A stretch of DNA of 64,000 nt from Acidimicrobiales bacterium (GTDB lineage: Bacteria; Actinomycetota; Acidimicrobiia; Acidimicrobiales; SZUA-35), in assembly GCA_050330635.1 (NCBI GenBank), contig JBHJNQ010000046.1, positions 2,808 to 66,807 of the forward strand. The letters are read 5' to 3'. Below the pieces are notes generated by a model, which saw nothing but the letters and a program-made list of their open reading frames with translations, was not told the DNA's origin and searched no databases. The translations under genes were made by a program, and so were the position numbers. Positions 35,151 through 43,743 of this stretch are shown here, piece by piece. Numbering within the stretch: the stretch's first letter is position 1; each line of letters opens with the position of its first letter.

Positions 35151-36410
35151 CTAATCGCCCGGCGGCCCGATCACGTCGAGGCCGCCGGAGTACGGGCGCA
35201 ATACCTCAGGCACGATGAGCGACCCGTCGGACTGCTGATGGTTCTCCATCAGGTACAGGAGGGTCCTACCCACGGCACACGCCGTTCCATTCAGGGTATG
35301 GGCCAGAAGTGTCCCTGACCCGCTCCGGATCCTGGTCGACATCCGGCGGGCCGAGTAGTCGGTGTAGTTCGAGCACGACGTGATCTCGCGGTAGCGCTGT
35401 TCCGATGGGAGCCACACCTCGAGGTCGTACTTCTTGGCCGCCGACGCCCCCAGATCGCCACTGGCAACGGTGATCACCCGGTAGGGCAGGCCCAGCTCAC
35501 CGACGATCTCCTCCTGCAGCGACCGCAGCAGCTCCAGCTCGTCCCATGACCGGTCGGGGTCGCTGTAGACGAACATCTCGACCTTGTCGAACTGGTGGAG
35601 CCGGAACAGGCCGCTGCTGTCCTTGCCGTAGGTGCCGGCCTCCCGCCGGAAGCAGCTCGAGTAGCCGACGTAGCGCAACGGCAGGTCGTCGGCGTCGAGG
35701 CGTTCCTCGCGGTGGAGGCCGGCGAGGCCGACCTCGGCCGTCCCGATGAGGAACAACCCGTCGACCTCCAGCTCGTAGACCTGGTTGCGATCGGTGGGGA
35801 AGAAGCCGGCGAGCTCCATCATCTCCTCCCTCACCAGGACGGGGGTGATGACGGGGACGAACCCGTGGCCGGCCAGCTTGTCGAGGGTCCACTGGATGAG
35901 GGCGAACTGGAGACGGACGGCGTCGCCCATCACGTAGGCGAACCGGCTGCCCGACATCCGCACCGCCCGCCCGGTGTCGACCAGGCCCAGCTTCTCGCCC
36001 AGGGTGCCGTGGTCGTAGCGGGGTGGCGGTGGGGTGTCGCCGACGACGACCTCGACCCGGTAGTCGTCCTCGCCGCCGTGGGGCACGGACGGGTGGGCCG
36101 GATTGGGGATCAGGAGCGACAGCTCACGGACGGCCGCCTCGGCTCGGGCCAACGCCTCCTCGGCGTCCGACAGGCGGACCTTGAGCTCGCCGGCGGCCTC
36201 GATCTTGGCCTGGCGTTGCTCGGGGGCGGCCCGTCCGATCTCCTTCGACGCGACGTTTGACTCGGCCCGGAGGGCCTCGGCCGCGGCCAGGGCGTCGCGC
36301 CGGGTGGCCTCGGCGGCCAGCAGCTCGTCGATGCGCTCCGGGGACGCTCCCTTGGCGATCGCTCCCGTTCGGTACCGGTCGTCGTCTCGAAGCAGGCGGA
36401 GGTCGATCAC
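35151..36410 (-). CDS. serS: seryl-tRNA synthetase
   Basis: GTG 36410 (VIDLRLLRDD). An N-terminal coiled-coil arm precedes the class II motifs (FRREAG..., GSGLAVGRT-like TACAVGRTL). Confidence 0.95.
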   Translation of the reverse strand: MIDLRLLRDDDRYRTGAIAKGASPERIDELLAAEATRRDALAAAEALRAESNVASKEIGRAAPEQRQAKIEAAGELKVRLSDAEEALARAEAAVRELSLLIPNPAHPSVPHGGEDDYRVEVVVGDTPPPPRYDHGTLGEKLGLVDTGRAVRMSGSRFAYVMGDAVRLQFALIQWTLDKLAGHGFVPVITPVLVREEMMELAGFFPTDRNQVYELEVDGLFLIGTAEVGLAGLHREERLDADDLPLRYVGYSSCFRREAGTYGKDSSGLFRLHQFDKVEMFVYSDPDRSWDELELLRSLQEEIVGELGLPYRVITVASGDLGASAAKKYDLEVWLPSEQRYREITSCSNYTDYSARRMSTRIRSGSGTLLAHTLNGTACAVGRTLLYLMENHQQSDGSLIVPEVLRPYSGGLDVIGPPGD

Positions 36411-36753
36411 GTGGGCGTACGGTACTCGCTGGCGGAACCGGCCCCGACCGGATATCGGACCGGTTCGCGGCCGTGGATCACCCCGAGCAGCGAGTCGAGC
36501 TCGGCGTGGTCGTGGTCGTGGTCGACGATGCCGGTCCCGAGGCGCACCGGCACCACGTGGCCGTGGTCGAGGCCTGCGGCCCGGCGACCTCGACCCGGCG
36601 GGTCTTCGGCCACGACCACAAGACCGAAGCCGTGGTCGGCGAACTGCCGTGCCAACTCCAGGCCGATTCGAGCGGGGAACCCGGAGGGTTGCCCCGGAGC
36701 AGAGGATGGTGGGCGGGAGGCCGAGCTCGGGACCGGCCGCCTCAGGGCGACGA

Positions 36754-36912
36754 TCAGTAGTTGGTTTCGAGCAGCTCGCTGTCGGCGTGCTCGGCCTCGG
36801 CGTTGGCCCGCAGGAGGGCACCGAGAGCGCCGGCGGCGACGGCCGTGCTCATCAGGAACCCGACCGGGATGACCACGACGATGATGACGGCGACGATGAT
36901 GGCGCCGATCAC
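36754..36912 (-). CDS. unannotated small membrane protein (52 aa), translationally coupled to ridA
   Basis: Below the track's size cut-off. GTG 36912 overlaps the ridA stop (GTGA) behind GAGG. It reads VIGAIIVAVIIVVVIPVGFLMSTAVAAGALGALLRANAEAEHADSELLETNY. Confidence 0.5.
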   Translation of the reverse strand: MIGAIIVAVIIVVVIPVGFLMSTAVAAGALGALLRANAEAEHADSELLETNY

Positions 36913-37262
36913 GAGGCACCTCGATGAGCCCATGCCTCGACCTCGATGCGGGCCCCTACGGGCAGGGCGGCGACGGCGACGGCCGAGCGGGCCGGGCGGT
37001 GGTCGCCGAACACCTCCACATACACCCGGTTCATCTCACCGTAGTCGTCCATGTCGGTCAGGAACACGGTGGTCTTGACCACGTCGGACAGGGAAGCGCC
37101 GGCGCCCTCGAGCAGGGACGCCAGGTTGGCCAGGGCCTGACGTAGCTCGGCTTCGAGGCCGCCGTCGACGATCGCACCGTCGGCGATGCCGACCTGACCC
37201 GAGCAGACGAGCCAGTCGCCGACCTCGACGAGCGGCGTGTAGGGACCAACGGGTTTGCTCAC
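36909..37262 (-). CDS. ridA: RidA/YjgF-family reactive-intermediate deaminase
   Basis: GTG 37262 (VSKPVGPYTPLV). SGQVGI...VKTTVFLTDMDDY...RSAVAVAALPVGARIEVEA is typical of the family. Confidence 0.85.
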   Translation of the reverse strand: MSKPVGPYTPLVEVGDWLVCSGQVGIADGAIVDGGLEAELRQALANLASLLEGAGASLSDVVKTTVFLTDMDDYGEMNRVYVEVFGDHRPARSAVAVAALPVGARIEVEAWAHRGAS

Positions 37263-37303
37263 GGTGGAGCATGGTAGCCGAGCCCCGGGCCGCCGGGCCA
37301 GGC

Positions 37304-38935
37304 TCAGCGAGGGGGGGCGCCGACCGGCCAGTCGGGAGTCCGCCCGAGCGCCAACCAGCCGGCGGCGGCCACGGCGGCGAACACCGCATCGGACCCGTTG
37401 ACCGGCTCGCCATCGTCGTCGAGGTCGACCGCGATCTCGATCGGCGGGGTGTCGACGGCCCGGGTCACCCCGAAGCTGCGGATCGTCAGGTCGTGGACGA
37501 CCCCAGCCTCGTCGACCGTCAGGGCCTCGCTCGTGAGCCACGACCACGCCATGTGGGCGGCGCCGACGCAGTACGAGCGCAACACCACCTCGTCGAGGAC
37601 CCGTCCGCAGCGGACCGAGGCCCGGATCGTCCCGTCGACGACCTCGGCCGTGGCCACCGCACCCGAGGGGGCCACCACCGGTGCGGCGGCGCCCGACGCC
37701 CCGGCCAGGAGTACGACCGCCTCCGCCCAGCCGGCGGCCCTCGTGGAGGCCGACGTCGGCGGTCCGGCCACGTCGACCTCCTCCACCACCAGGCCCGGGG
37801 CGACGGCGGCCACCGCCCGGGCGATGCCGGGGGTGCGGACCACCCGGAGGACACCGGTGCCGTCGGCCCTGGCCCCGCCGGCAACGGGGGGACGCTTCGG
37901 CCCGAACCGGGTGGCGTCCTCCCGTGACGTCAATACCAGCACCGCACGGCCGTGCTCGTCGGCCAACCGGCGGGCCGCGCTCGAGGCGAACGACGGCTGC
38001 TTGGCCCCGAACGCCCCTCCGTTGGCCGTCGCCGAGGCCGGCTCACCTCCGGGTCGGCACCAGGAGGCGTCGGTCTCGAGGTAGGCCGGCTCGACCCACG
38101 TGGTCCGCAGGGTGGCCGCCCACACGCCGGCAGGCACCTCGAGCGGCCACCGGTGGCCGGCCGTGGTCCGCCGCCCCTGGACCTTCGCCACCGCGGCCCG
38201 GGCCTCCTCGGCCGTCTCCCCCACGACCCAGCCCCCCGTGCCGTCGCTCACGGCCACCAGGGCCCTGGGCGGGGCGGTGTCGGCGGCGAACCCGCCGCGC
38301 CCGAGGGCCACGTCGGGCCCGACCCGCTGTGCGACCCCGCCCTCGATCCCGGCCCGCCGGGACGCCGCTTCCAGGTTGCGATCGTCGTCGCCGCCGGACC
38401 CGCCCGCCAACTCGTCCGGGAACCGGTCCCAGGCGTCGTGGATGGTGCGCCACCCGGTGCAGCGGCACAGGTGGGCCAGGAGGGCCTGGTCGACGGCGTC
38501 GTGGTCGACGGCGGGGGTCGGGGCGGTGCCCCCGGTGCGGGGCCCGTCGGAGCCGGGCCCGCAAGCCTTGCGGTCGAGGGCGTCGAGGCGGACGATGATT
38601 CCCGGGGTGCAGAAGCCACACTGGCTGGCCCCGGTTGCGCAGAAGGCATCAGCCCAGGCCCGCCGCCGCTCCACACCGATGCCGTCGACGGTGGTGACCG
38701 TCCGCCCCGCCACCCGTCGAGCCGGCGTCACGCACGCCACCCGGGGCTGGCCGTCGACCAGGACCGTGCAACAGCCACACTGGCCCTGGGGGCTGCACCC
38801 GTCCTTCACGCCGACGAGCCCCAGCTGGTCCCGCAGGACCGACAGCAGGGAACGGTGGCCGGCGTCGACGGTGACCTCGACGCCGTCGACGGTGAGGGTC
38901 AGGGGCGGCTCGGATCGGGGCACACCGCCGAGCAT
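37304..38935 (-). CDS. single-chain xanthine-dehydrogenase/CO-dehydrogenase-family protein: [2Fe-2S] domain fused to a shortened molybdopterin-subunit-like region
   Basis: Starts at ATG 38935. The two Fe-S motifs are GCSPQGQCGCCTV and QCGFCTPG...CRCTGW. An a/b-hammerhead-like segment and GGAFGAK follow, but the Mo-domain region is only ~370 aa. No FAD subunit is nearby. Confidence 0.7.
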   Translation of the reverse strand: MLGGVPRSEPPLTLTVDGVEVTVDAGHRSLLSVLRDQLGLVGVKDGCSPQGQCGCCTVLVDGQPRVACVTPARRVAGRTVTTVDGIGVERRRAWADAFCATGASQCGFCTPGIIVRLDALDRKACGPGSDGPRTGGTAPTPAVDHDAVDQALLAHLCRCTGWRTIHDAWDRFPDELAGGSGGDDDRNLEAASRRAGIEGGVAQRVGPDVALGRGGFAADTAPPRALVAVSDGTGGWVVGETAEEARAAVAKVQGRRTTAGHRWPLEVPAGVWAATLRTTWVEPAYLETDASWCRPGGEPASATANGGAFGAKQPSFASSAARRLADEHGRAVLVLTSREDATRFGPKRPPVAGGARADGTGVLRVVRTPGIARAVAAVAPGLVVEEVDVAGPPTSASTRAAGWAEAVVLLAGASGAAAPVVAPSGAVATAEVVDGTIRASVRCGRVLDEVVLRSYCVGAAHMAWSWLTSEALTVDEAGVVHDLTIRSFGVTRAVDTPPIEIAVDLDDDGEPVNGSDAVFAAVAAAGWLALGRTPDWPVGAPPR

Positions 38936-39037
38936 ACGGACCGGGGCCGTGACCGGGAATGGGGGGCACGGGATGGTGGCTGGACGACCAGCCGGGGGGC
39001 GAGCCCGATCCCACCACCCTCCGGTAGCGTCGATCCG

Positions 39038-39994
39038 GTGAGTCCGTCCCCCCACCAGGCGAGGCCGGCGACGGCCCTCGGGCGCCGGCGGTTCCTCGGT
39101 GCCGTCGGCCTCGGTCTCGCCGCCCGGCTGGTCGCCGGCTGTGGCGACGGGCCGACGACGGGGACGGCCGCCCCGGAGATCGTCGGGCTGTTCAGCACCG
39201 ACCGCGTCGTCGTGGCCGGCCGGCCCCAACGGCTCCCCTTCGCCCTCGTCGAGCCCGACGGCCCCGATCGGGGGGATTTGGCGGAGCTGGCGGTGACCGT
39301 GCGGTCCGGTGACGAGATCGTCGACCGCCTGACCGTGACCGGACGGGTCGTGGAGCACGACCACGTCGGCACGCCGGAGCCGGGCCATTCCCACAGCGAC
39401 TTCCTCCGCTACTACCCGCTGCGGGCCGAATTTCCCCGCCCCGGCGTGTTCGACCTGGAGGTCGACCTCGGCGACGGCGCAGTCGGGCGGCTACCCGTCC
39501 AGGCCTTCGCCACCGACGACGTGACCGTGCTCGGGCCGGGTCAGCCGATGCCCGCCATCGTTTCGGCCACCACCGGTCGCCCCGCCGGCGTCGACACCCT
39601 CTGCACCAGGGCCCCGACCCCCTGCCCGTTCCACGAGCTCGGCATCGACGAGGCCGTGACGGCCGGCCGGCCGCTGGCGGTACTGGTCACGAGCCCGGCC
39701 CTGTGCGCCACCGCCTACTGCGGAGCGGTGCTGGAGACCCTGATCGTCGCCGCCCCGGCCCGTCCCGGTCTGGCGGTCGTCCACCTCGAGGTCTACGTCA
39801 ACGCCGACGAGATCGCCGGGAACCTCGCCGACCCCCGCCTGGAGCGGGCCCCGGCCGTGGTCGAACTGGGCCTCGACTTCGAGCCGGCGCTGTTCGTCGT
39901 CGACGGTGAGGCCACCGTGGTCGACCGTCTCGATGCGATCTACGACCGTCGGGAGCTCGACGCCGTCCTGGACGCCGTGGTCGGTCGGCGCTGA
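39038..39994 (+). CDS. Tat-signal lipoprotein with Cys-containing (thioredoxin-like?) C-terminal domain
   Basis: GTG 39038. The twin-arginine motif plus lipobox reads RRRFLGAVGLGLAARLVAGC. Later cysteines occur at LCTRAPTPCPFHE and SPALCATAYCG. Confidence 0.65.
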   Translation: MSPSPHQARPATALGRRRFLGAVGLGLAARLVAGCGDGPTTGTAAPEIVGLFSTDRVVVAGRPQRLPFALVEPDGPDRGDLAELAVTVRSGDEIVDRLTVTGRVVEHDHVGTPEPGHSHSDFLRYYPLRAEFPRPGVFDLEVDLGDGAVGRLPVQAFATDDVTVLGPGQPMPAIVSATTGRPAGVDTLCTRAPTPCPFHELGIDEAVTAGRPLAVLVTSPALCATAYCGAVLETLIVAAPARPGLAVVHLEVYVNADEIAGNLADPRLERAPAVVELGLDFEPALFVVDGEATVVDRLDAIYDRRELDAVLDAVVGRR

Positions 39995-40133
39995 GTCCGA
40001 CCGACCACGGGGTCGCCCACACCGGCGGCCGGTCGCCCGCAGCCGCTCCGACAGGGAAGGGAGCTGCGTCGCCCGACGGCGCCGTTCCGCTGTCCGGTGG
40101 TCCCCTCCCGGCACGAGCCTGGATGGGTCTGGA

Positions 40134-40169
40134 GAGGGTGGGACCGGATCGCCCGCCGGTCCCACCCTC
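40134..40169. terminator. perfect 14-bp stem hairpin downstream of the lipoprotein gene
   Basis: GAGGGTGGGACCGG-ATCGCCCG-CCGGTCCCACCCTC. It lies 140 nt after the stop at 39994 and has no clear U-tract. Confidence 0.4.
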
Positions 40170-40393
40170 CGATCACGGGGCGGCTCCCGCCGCCCGGGCA
40201 CCCGGTAGCTCCGGTGCGCATCTACGCCATCTGACGTTCCGCACGGCGGAGTAGTCGCGAAGTCGTCGCGATTTCCCGTCACGACATCGCGCAACGTCGC
40301 GGCCGCTCTAAGGTGCTGGGCGTCGATGAGACATCCAGCGTCCGCATCCCGTTCCGTCCCGTCGGTGGAACCGTTGCGTCGGCCGGCCCGCCG

Positions 40394-40936
40394 ATGATGT
40401 GCCCCGACGCGACCGGGGTCACGGTCGACGACACCACCGATCCCGATGACCTGCGCCGTCTCGTCGTCGATCACGGCGACGCCGTCTACCGGTTGGCCGT
40501 GTCGGTGGTGCGCGACCGGGCCCTGGCCGAGGACGTCGCCCAGGAGGCGCTGGTCAAGGCATGGCTGGCGCTGCCCAGTCTGCGAGACCCGTCAGCCGCC
40601 AGGAGCTGGCTGCTGCGCATCACCCACAACACCGCGGTGTCCACGCTCCGGGCCCGACGGGCCATCGTGGTCGACCCCCACGAGCTGCCGGACGAGCCGT
40701 CGGGAGCGGACGCCTCCGTCGAGAGCCGCGTCCAGGGCGGCGCCGTCATGGCCGACTTCGTGGCCGCGCTCGACACCCTCGACGAGCTGTCGCGCAGCAT
40801 CGTCGTGCTGCGGGAGCTGGAGGGCCTCTCCTACGACGAGATCGCCGACGTGTTGAACGTGCCGTTGCCCACGGTCAAGACACGGTTGCTGCGATCGCGT
40901 CGCCGACTCGGCTCGTCGTTGCGGGAGTGGGCGTGA
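40394..40936 (+). CDS. ECF-type RNA polymerase sigma factor
   Basis: Region 2 reads AEDVAQEALVKAWLAL...WLLRITHNTAV. Region 4 reads SIVVLRELEGLSYDEIADVLNVPLPTVKTRLLRSRRRL. An alternative GTG start lies at 40313. Confidence 0.85.
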   Translation: MMCPDATGVTVDDTTDPDDLRRLVVDHGDAVYRLAVSVVRDRALAEDVAQEALVKAWLALPSLRDPSAARSWLLRITHNTAVSTLRARRAIVVDPHELPDEPSGADASVESRVQGGAVMADFVAALDTLDELSRSIVVLRELEGLSYDEIADVLNVPLPTVKTRLLRSRRRLGSSLREWA

Positions 40937-41256
40937 TGTTGGCCCGTCACCCGTCCCACGACACCCTCCGACATTGGCTGTCAGGCGACGCCGACGACGA
41001 GCTCGACGATCACCTCGACAACTGCCCGCGGTGCGCCGCCGTGCTCGAGCAGCTCGACACCTCGCCCGATCTCGATCTCGTCCAGCCCCTGGCCCAGGTC
41101 CTGGCGTCGCCCGAGGGGCTCACCCAACGGCTGGAGACGGGCGTCGCCGCCCGCCTCTCGTCGCGCGATGTTCTGAACGTCGTCGGCGATCTCTTCGCCG
41201 CCGGCTTCGAGACCACCCGACTACTGCTGACCGAGGAACCCGATGTCGACCGCTGA
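40936..41256 (+). CDS. zf-HC2 (ZAS-type) anti-sigma factor, short and without a transmembrane segment
   Basis: The start overlaps the sigma stop (GTGATG). The motif H-x3-C-x2-C appears in DDHLDNCPRCAAVLE. The protein is 106 aa with no hydrophobic helix. Confidence 0.7.
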   Translation: MLARHPSHDTLRHWLSGDADDELDDHLDNCPRCAAVLEQLDTSPDLDLVQPLAQVLASPEGLTQRLETGVAARLSSRDVLNVVGDLFAAGFETTRLLLTEEPDVDR

Positions 41257-41995
41257 CTGGATCATCATCGCCGCCGCCATCTTCGGCGGCGTCGTGGCCG
41301 GGGTCATCGCCTCACGGGTGGTGGTCGCCGTCGTCGGCGCCCCGTCGCGCCCGGAGCCCCTCCGCGCCGCGGCCAAGCCACTGGCCAGCCTTGCCACCTC
41401 CGTCTTCGTGGTCGTCGGCCTCATCGTGGCCCTGGGTGTGGTATCGCCATCCGCCCTCGATCAGCTGCCCCGGGACGTGATCGAGTACCTACCCCGACTG
41501 CTCTCGGCCGCCATCCTCATGATCGTGGCCAATGTGCTTTCGTCGTTCGCGGTGACGGCGATCGGTCCGGCCCTGGCCCGCCTCCCCACGACGGCCCAAC
41601 GTCAGACGCTCGCCCTCGTGCGCGGGGTGATCCTCGGTCTCGGCATCCTCCTCGGCATCCGCCAGCTCGGCATCGACACCACGGTGATCAACCTGGCCCT
41701 GGCCGCTGTGTTCTTCGGCCTGTCGGGAGCGCTGATGCTGCTGGTGGCGCTCGGCGGCCGCCACGTCGCCACCGAGGTGGCGTCGACCAGGGTCCTGCGC
41801 CGTCTCCTGCGCGAGGGCGACCGGATCCGGACGGGGACGACGGAGGGCACCGTGGTCTCGGTGCACCCGACCGCCATCGAGCTCGCCACTCCCGGAGGCG
41901 AGACCATCCTCGTGCCGTCATCGCAGCTCATCGAGGGCACCGTGACGATCGAACGGGTCGACCGGGCCGACCCCGGCGGGGAGGGCGGCGGCTGA
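41243..41995 (+). CDS. MscS-family mechanosensitive-channel-like membrane protein
   Basis: Overlaps the anti-sigma 3' end by 14 nt. Several TM helices are followed by the beta-domain signature GDRIRTGTTEGTVVSVHPTAIELATPGGETILVPSS. Confidence 0.8.
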   Translation: MSTADWIIIAAAIFGGVVAGVIASRVVVAVVGAPSRPEPLRAAAKPLASLATSVFVVVGLIVALGVVSPSALDQLPRDVIEYLPRLLSAAILMIVANVLSSFAVTAIGPALARLPTTAQRQTLALVRGVILGLGILLGIRQLGIDTTVINLALAAVFFGLSGALMLLVALGGRHVATEVASTRVLRRLLREGDRIRTGTTEGTVVSVHPTAIELATPGGETILVPSSQLIEGTVTIERVDRADPGGEGGG

Positions 41996-42119
41996 GCTCA
42001 GGCCGGTTCGCCGGGCCGAGGGAACCAGCGGGGCCGGCGAGCTGCCAGGGTCGAAGGGCCCGAATGTGTCCAGGTTCGACGGCCAGCGGTACAGTGGACC
42101 GGACGACCAGGAGGTACTC

Positions 42120-42440
42120 GTGATCACAGTCACTGAATCGGCGGCAACCAAGGTCAAGGAGCTTCTCGACCAGGAGAACGACGAGAGCCTCGCCCTCCGT
42201 GTGGCCGTGCGACCGGGTGGTTGCTCGGGCTTCAGCTACGAGATGTTCTTCGACGGTGAGGCCACCGCCGACGACATCGCCAACGAGGTCGGCGGCGTTC
42301 GGGTCATCGTCGACCCCACCAGCGCCCAGCTGCTCGTCGGCGCCACCCTCGACTACAAGGACGGGCTCCAGCAGACCGGGTTCTCGATCGACAACCCCAA
42401 CGCCCAGCGGACCTGCGGCTGCGGTCAGTCGTTCTCATAG
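42120..42440 (+). CDS. HesB/IscA/ErpA-type iron-sulfur cluster insertion protein
   Basis: GTG 42120 sits behind CAGGAGG. Shows RVAVRPGGCSGFSY and the C-terminal CGCGQSF. Confidence 0.9.
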   Translation: MITVTESAATKVKELLDQENDESLALRVAVRPGGCSGFSYEMFFDGEATADDIANEVGGVRVIVDPTSAQLLVGATLDYKDGLQQTGFSIDNPNAQRTCGCGQSFS

Positions 42441-42480
42441 GCCGACACCTCCACGACACCTCGACGACGAGACCCGAACC

Positions 42481-42513
42481 GAACGGGCCACCCCTTTCCG
42501 GGGTGGCCCGTTC
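42481..42513. terminator. bidirectional intrinsic-terminator-like hairpin between convergent genes
   Basis: Perfect 14-bp stem GAACGGGCCACCCC-TTTCC-GGGGTGGCCCGTTC. It lies between the Fe-S protein gene (end 42440) and the MBL-fold gene (end 42572). Confidence 0.6.
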
Positions 42514-42571
42514 TCGTGTCCTGCGCTCCGTTCCCGGCAAAACCGTCCCCGGTGAACCGGGGACGGGGCCC

Positions 42572-43144
42572 TCAGCTCGACAGGAGGGGCTTGGCGTCGT
42601 CGATGTACTGGCCGTGGCCGGGTGCGATCGACCTGATCCGGTACGACTTGACCTTCTCCGGAAGCTGCATCGGCATGCCGGAATGGCAGTGGTCGCCGGT
42701 GATGAGCGTCCGCTCCTGCTCGAGCACGAACGAGTAGCGACCGTCCGACCCGTCGTTGATGGCGACGGCGGTGATCCGGAACTCGGTGGCATCGATCTTG
42801 TAGCCGTCGCCCATGACCTGATCGGCGCCGTCGAAACCGGCCGGCGCCACCAGTTCGGCGCCGGTGCGCTCCTTGAGCGGCATGGCACCGGCCGAGTAGC
42901 GCTCGTCGACATCGGTCAGGACGATCCACCGGATCCGGTCGCCTCCGCAGCCGCACAGGACGTCGAGATGACCGTCGTCGAGCGGCCCCGGATCGATGAT
43001 CACTATCTCGTCGATGCCGATGAGATAGGTGTTCAGACCCGGACCGTCTCCCTCACCGGGGCAGGCGATCCGCCGCACCAGAGGGCTCAGGGCGCGGGCG
43101 ACGCCAGGCGTGATCGGTGGGAGTGGTGCTGGTTCTTCGACCAT
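42572..43144 (-). CDS. metallo-beta-lactamase-fold protein with a degenerate metal-binding motif
   Basis: The MBL-fold pattern is present (LNTYLIGIDEIVIIDPGP...TGAELVAP...LITGDH). The canonical THxHxDH position reads TDVDERY, and the later His positions are also missing. Confidence 0.7.
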   Translation of the reverse strand: MVEEPAPLPPITPGVARALSPLVRRIACPGEGDGPGLNTYLIGIDEIVIIDPGPLDDGHLDVLCGCGGDRIRWIVLTDVDERYSAGAMPLKERTGAELVAPAGFDGADQVMGDGYKIDATEFRITAVAINDGSDGRYSFVLEQERTLITGDHCHSGMPMQLPEKVKSYRIRSIAPGHGQYIDDAKPLLSS

Positions 43145-43170
43145 CGGATGCAGGTCTCCTGATCAGGTAG

Positions 43171-43671
43171 TCAGTTCAGCTCGGGGGGAGCCGAGGTCGT
43201 TGGTTCTTCTCTGACAACGTCCACATCGACGACGTCGGCGGCCCAGAACCGGCTGCGGGAACCGGTACGTGACCAGCCGTTCGGGACGAACGGCAGACCG
43301 AGGTCCGACGGGATGAAACGAGCCAGCCGGCGGCGCGCCTGCGCCCCGACGAGAGCCCGAACTGGCGGGAGAAGCAGTACGGCCCCGGTGAGACCGGTGA
43401 GCAGGCCGGGCACGATCAGCAGGAGTCCGGCGAGCGCTCGCAGGAGGCGGTCGCCGGCGACGCTCGCCGACGTATCGCCCTCGAGCAGCGGGCCGATGCC
43501 ACCGGTGACCAGCCGGCCGACATTCCGTCGGATGAGCACCATCCCGACCACGGCGGCGGCCATACTGACCACCACCACGGGGATGACCCCCACGACACGA
43601 GCCATCGCGCCGAAAAGCACGATCTCAGTGACCACCACCACGAAAACGGCCAGCGCGGCTCGCGAAAACAT
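43171..43671 (-). CDS. fxsA: FxsA-family membrane protein
   Basis: Three N-terminal TM helices, including PGLLTGLTGAVLLLPPVRALV, are characteristic of FxsA. Confidence 0.8.
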   Translation of the reverse strand: MFSRAALAVFVVVVTEIVLFGAMARVVGVIPVVVVSMAAAVVGMVLIRRNVGRLVTGGIGPLLEGDTSASVAGDRLLRALAGLLLIVPGLLTGLTGAVLLLPPVRALVGAQARRRLARFIPSDLGLPFVPNGWSRTGSRSRFWAADVVDVDVVREEPTTSAPPELN

Positions 43672-43743
43672 CTCACCGCCAGTCTACCGGAATGGTCCCC
43701 GGGGCGGACCAGACCCACTCCGGGAGTCGCCTCCTGGCCGCAG

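Noticed and set aside
36411-36753. An SDR-like N-terminal motif (…IGLELARQFADHGFGLVVVAEDP…) between the small membrane ORF and serS, possibly a gene remnant.
   Set aside because: There is no canonical glycine-rich TGxxxGIG motif, no usable start codon upstream of the motif, and only ~100 codons before it runs into the serS start. I cannot distinguish a decayed SDR from a chance open frame in high-GC DNA without a homology search.
37952-39037. The upstream two-thirds of the 680-aa ORF 37952..39994 (+).
   Set aside because: It is antisense to the xanthine-dehydrogenase-like gene and low in complexity. Only the last 318 codons (from GTG 39038, with a Tat signal plus lipobox) look like a real protein.
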